Shown here: one piece after another, positions 60,036 through 64,000 of the stretch
Layout: the number at the start of each line of letters is the position of its first letter
Numbering within the stretch: the stretch's first letter is position 1
Source of the DNA: the human T2T-CHM13v2.0 reference genome, Homo sapiens
Length of the DNA: 64,000 nt
Assembly (NCBI RefSeq): GCF_009914755.1
Contig: NC_060946.1
Direction: 5' to 3' (one strand)
Translations under genes and position numbers: made by a program
Notes under the pieces: model-generated
Database searches by the model: none
The model's input: only the letters and a program-made list of their open reading frames with translations
Told to the model about the DNA's origin: nothing

Positions 60036-60678
60036 CAATGCCCATTTTGCAGATGTCAAAGATAAGACTTAAGGAAGCACAGAGACTGTTCCCCAAGTTC
60101 CACCCTGGAAATTATGTCAGCTGGGACCCATACCCAGGCCAACATGCTTCACAAGTGTGATTTTCTGGTGGGCAGGAGGTGACATCAAGTGCATGCCAGT
60201 TATTTGAGGTGACTCCCGTTGGAGTGTGCAGAGTTGGGCCAGCTCGGACTCAGTTTGTGGCCTACAGTCGCCCTTGTCTTTCACCTTCCCGGTCTTGTGC
60301 ACACCAGTTTGCAGCATCTGTCAGCGAAGCCCATGGGCCCCCTCCCCTCCTCCATTCGGCCTCTTCTGACTGCTCCACCGATGGCAGACACTTGGCAGGT
60401 GGCCTGAGGCCTGCAGTCAGCAAGAACTGCTTCCTGTCCACTTCCCGGCACAGGCTGTATTTTTAGCTTGCTGGTCCTGGGGGGGATCAGTGACTTCCTT
60501 GGCTGGCATCTCAGGGCTGAGCTCTTTCCCACCAGTTCAGACTCACCTTGCAGACGAAAAAGGCTTTGAGAGTCTGCCCACTCACCTAGCAGCCCATTCC
60601 AGATGAGGAAATCTTGCTCAGTAGAAGCACTCGGCATCTCAGTGAAGGCCTGGCCCACCAGAAAAATCATAGCATGCC

Positions 60679-60761
60679 TGTGTGTGTGTGAATATTGAAT
60701 GAGTGTGTGTGTGCGCACACGCATGTGAATAATGTGTGTGTGGGGGGGTGTGTGTGTGTGT
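60679..60761 (+). repeat. Imperfect (TG)n microsatellite
   Basis: read directly from the sequence. Confidence 0.85.
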
Positions 60762-60920
60762 GGACAGGCAGGGTGGGGAGGGATAAACACATTAAAAATG
60801 TCCAAATAAATACAAAAACACAGAAAAAAAATAAAATAATAAAAACCTACATTCCTAAATGTTCATGTATTAGAATATTCAAAATTAGGATGGGTTTGCC
60901 ACATTGTATTTGAAAAATCA

Positions 60921-61238
60921 GACTGGTCTCAGTGGCTCACACGTGTAACTTCAGCACTTTGGGAGGCTGAGGCAGGAGGATTGCTTGAGCCCAGGAGTTC
61001 GAGACCAGCCTGGGAAAACATAGTGAGACCCTGTCTCTACAAAAAATTTAAAAATCAGCCAGGTGTGGTGGTGCATGCCTATCGTCCTAGTTACTTAGGA
61101 CTCGAAGCGGAAGGCTCACTCGAGCCCACGAGTTCAAGGCTGCAGTGAGCTATGATTGCACCATCGCCCTGCAGCCCAAGGAACAGAGCAAAACCCTATC
61201 TCAAATAAATAAATAAATAAATAGAATTTAAAAATAAA
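60921..61238 (+). mobile_element. AluJ
   Basis: gaggattgcttgagcccaggagttcgagacc, caaggctgcagtgagctatgattg, (AAAT)n tail. Confidence 0.92.
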
Positions 61239-61289
61239 AAGCAGTGTTTTGCAGTTTACAAAATGTTTGATGTAACATAATGTTTTCTG

Positions 61290-61505
61290 GAATCAGAACA
61301 AACGAGTTTGAATCTGATCTCCACCCCTGCCTTGCTGTACAACTTTGGGCAAGTTAGCCTTCTTATGCCTTAGTCTCTCATCTGTAAAAAGAGGCTATGG
61401 TGCCTTCATAGGGCAGTTGTGAGCATTAAATGAATTAATCCACTTGAAAGCTCTTAGCAAGGTGCTTAGGCAAAAATAAATGTGTAATGAATGTTAGCTA
61501 TCAAG
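61290..61505 (+). mobile_element. MIR SINE
   Basis: ctttgggcaagttagcc...catctgtaaaa...gttgtgagcattaaatga. Confidence 0.75.
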
Positions 61506-61679
61506 GTTATACTAATTAATTTGATTATCACAACAACATTGATAGAAGCATGGGTATTAGCCTCCTCATAGTTGATAAGAAAACTGGAGAGCAGAGAGTG
61601 TTCAAATGACTTGGCTAAGATCACAAAGCTATTGCACCAGAGAGCAAGGACTTGAACTCAGGTCAGTCTGATTCTGTTT

Positions 61680-62195
61680 GCATCCATTTATTCATTTATT
61701 CATTTAGGACATTCTTATTGAGCAGCTGCTCTGCCAGGGCTAGGGGCTGGTGACACAGCAGTGAAAGTAACAGAAAAAATTCCCTGTCCTCACCTTATAT
61801 TCTAGTGCAGACCATTAATAATAAATATAAATAATACATTGGGAGAGGAAAGAGAAACACTGGCAAGAAGACAGAGTGCCAGAAGTTGAGTTTTGTGTTA
61901 AATAAAGGGGTCAGGAGAAGAATAAATTTGATCAGTGATATGAGCAAAGTGAGGTAGCAAAACCTATTAATAAGGGGCGGGGGAGGGGGCTTTCCAGGCA
62001 GAGAGACCAGCAGGTGCAAAGACCCTGAGGCTGGAGTATATATACAGAATTCAAGGAACAGCAAGAAAATTGGCGTGCCTGGAACAGGGCTAGTAAGGTG
62101 GTCAGGAAAGAAGATGAGATCAGAGAGGGGATGACGGACCAGGTCACAGCAAGGGTTTAGGATTTTATTCTGCATGAGATGGGAAGATGTTGGCA
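61680..62195 (-). mobile_element. L2 LINE fragment
   Basis: cattcttattgagc...ggtgcaaagaccctgagg...ttcaaggaacagcaaga. Confidence 0.75.
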
Positions 62196-62547
62196 TCTTT
62201 ACTATCCTTATCACCAACATCATCATCTCCACTATTGTCAAGGAAGATAATGGTGGAGATGATTCTCCTCCTCATCCCCCTCCTCCTTCTTCATCAACAT
62301 CATCACACTTGGCAATATAAGATGTTAGGGAGTCAAGTTTGAGAAAAATCATCAGTTAGATGTATTGTTCTGATTTTTAAGGAATTTCTTAATGGCAAAG
62401 TTTTGTTCCCAAAAGCCTAGATGTACATTTGCTAGGATCGAGGTGGGGTTCTGGTGACTGGAGGCCAGAGGACCAGGCATGCCCTAATTCTGTCCTGATA
62501 GTCGCCCCTTCCTGCTCAGGGTTCCTGAGAGAGTTGTACCCACACCC

Positions 62548-62600
62548 AACAAAACAAAACAAAACAAAACAAAACAAAACAAAACAAAACAAAACAAAAA
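62548..62600 (+). repeat. (AAAAC)n microsatellite
   Basis: about 10 perfect units, with no Alu body attached. Confidence 0.95.
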
Positions 62601-64000
62601 CCGCACCTGAGAATCAAAGTAAAACATCCATTGCCCTTTGCCCTATGCCAGGGGAGACTTCAAGGTTGGGGAGAGCCTTTAATAATGTCCCTAGGACAGG
62701 AAGGAGGTTCATCGAAGGGGAGAAAAAGGGGCCTTTAAGGGGAACAGGATGGTGAGACCACCACAGCTTCATCTCTCCCCACCTCCAGAGCTTTTAGAAG
62801 GTCGACAGACCTAGAAACAAATTTTGCTAACTGCAATGAATTTTTGCTACCTGCAGTGGATAGGGCAAATGTTCAGAGATTTTAAGACCACAGCTTAGAT
62901 ACAAAGAAAAGAACAGTGGTTAATGTTTCCTTGACATTTACGTCCCATTGCTATGAGCTGGGCTCCACATGCTTAGACACCATTCTGCCAAATGCTCTGC
63001 AAAGTGTGTGAAAAAGTGTCCTCGCAGCCCTCTGGCTCTCCTGATGGATGGGTTCTGGGTGCATTAAGATCAAGATGTGGAAGCACAGTCCATTGTTGGG
63101 GGCTAACACTCAGTAGTACCACAGATGAACCAGAAACTGCAAGAGGAAAGCAGTCCTGGGAAGAGAGGCTGTTTGGGGTAAGAAGATGCTGCTGGAGCTG
63201 GGCACTGTGGATTCTAATTCTGCAGACCATAGTGAGGGGACATATTGAAGGAGCTGAAGCGGGGCTGGTACAGTTATATTTCTGTAAATGTTTTTTTTTT
63301 TTTCCAAATGGAAAACTCAAAGTTATAATGTGATGAGAGGAACATCTTGTTCATCAAAGCTCTAAGAAATTCAAATGCTTTTTCCTTTTCTTTTTTTTTT
63401 TTTTTTTCATTTTAAAGGTCCAAAATCTTTCTCAGGATTGTAGGAAGGAAAAAAGGCACTCAGACTTCCTTTTCTATTCTCATTGCTACCCATAGTGCAG
63501 ACCTCGCCTTCTTGTTCTAGAACTACTGTCTCCCTGTATCTCATTTACCCTCCATATGATCCAGTCTGCACATCCAGGGAACAGCCCTGCACCCCCAGGT
63601 GAGGACCTACTACTTCCTACTACTGGGACCTCCAAGAATACGGCCACCTTTGAACCCCAAATGCATAGACCCTGCTGTTCCTATCACAGCTCCAGCTAAG
63701 CACCAGACACTTTGAAAGGCCAGCGGGTTCAGCACTCAGGATGCTAAATGCTGCAAAGAAAAATGAGGCAGATAAAGTGATGGAGAAGTGTGCATGGAAG
63801 TGCCATTTCAGATAGGGGGTGGGGGGCAAGCATTTCTGAGGAGGTGACATTTGGGCAAAGCACCTGAATACAGTGAGGGCATGAGCCATGCGGACACCTG
63901 GGGGATGAGGGGCCCAGGCAAAGGCCTTGATGCACTTGCTTGATATTTTAAAGATTTTTATGTTTTTCATTGTGGTAAATTATATACAACATAAAATTTA

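Overview
This is primate (human-like) nuclear DNA, either intergenic or deep intronic; I cannot name the locus. I found no credible host protein-coding exon, tRNA, rRNA or CRISPR array. The window is dominated by interspersed repeats: more than 20 Alus (J, S and Y types), many MIR and L2 fragments, old L1M fragments, MaLR/ERVL LTRs (MLT1, MLT2, MSTA, THE1B, LTR33), DNA transposon relics (MADE1, MER5, MER58, MER47A, MER46/Tigger4, MER81), and one near-full-length but dead L1PA4/5-type element with an internal ORF2 deletion. Three features stand out. (1) An AluY at 56895 carries about 119 nt of extra sequence and a second poly(A) tail inside a single target-site duplication (TSD); this looks like an Alu 3' transduction that passed several Pol III terminator-like T runs and ends after an ATTAAA signal. 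(2) An ancient mitochondrial cytochrome b NUMT (3376-3726, minus strand) is nested in an MLT2 LTR, which is itself nested in an older LTR; the standard-code ORF track misses it. (3) A very young 8 x 77-bp VNTR (40025-40638) has unit junctions that create seven NRF2/sMAF ARE-like motifs absent from a single unit. Repeat subfamily names come from my memory of consensus sequences and need RepeatMasker/Dfam confirmation. Boundaries of old repeats are approximate.
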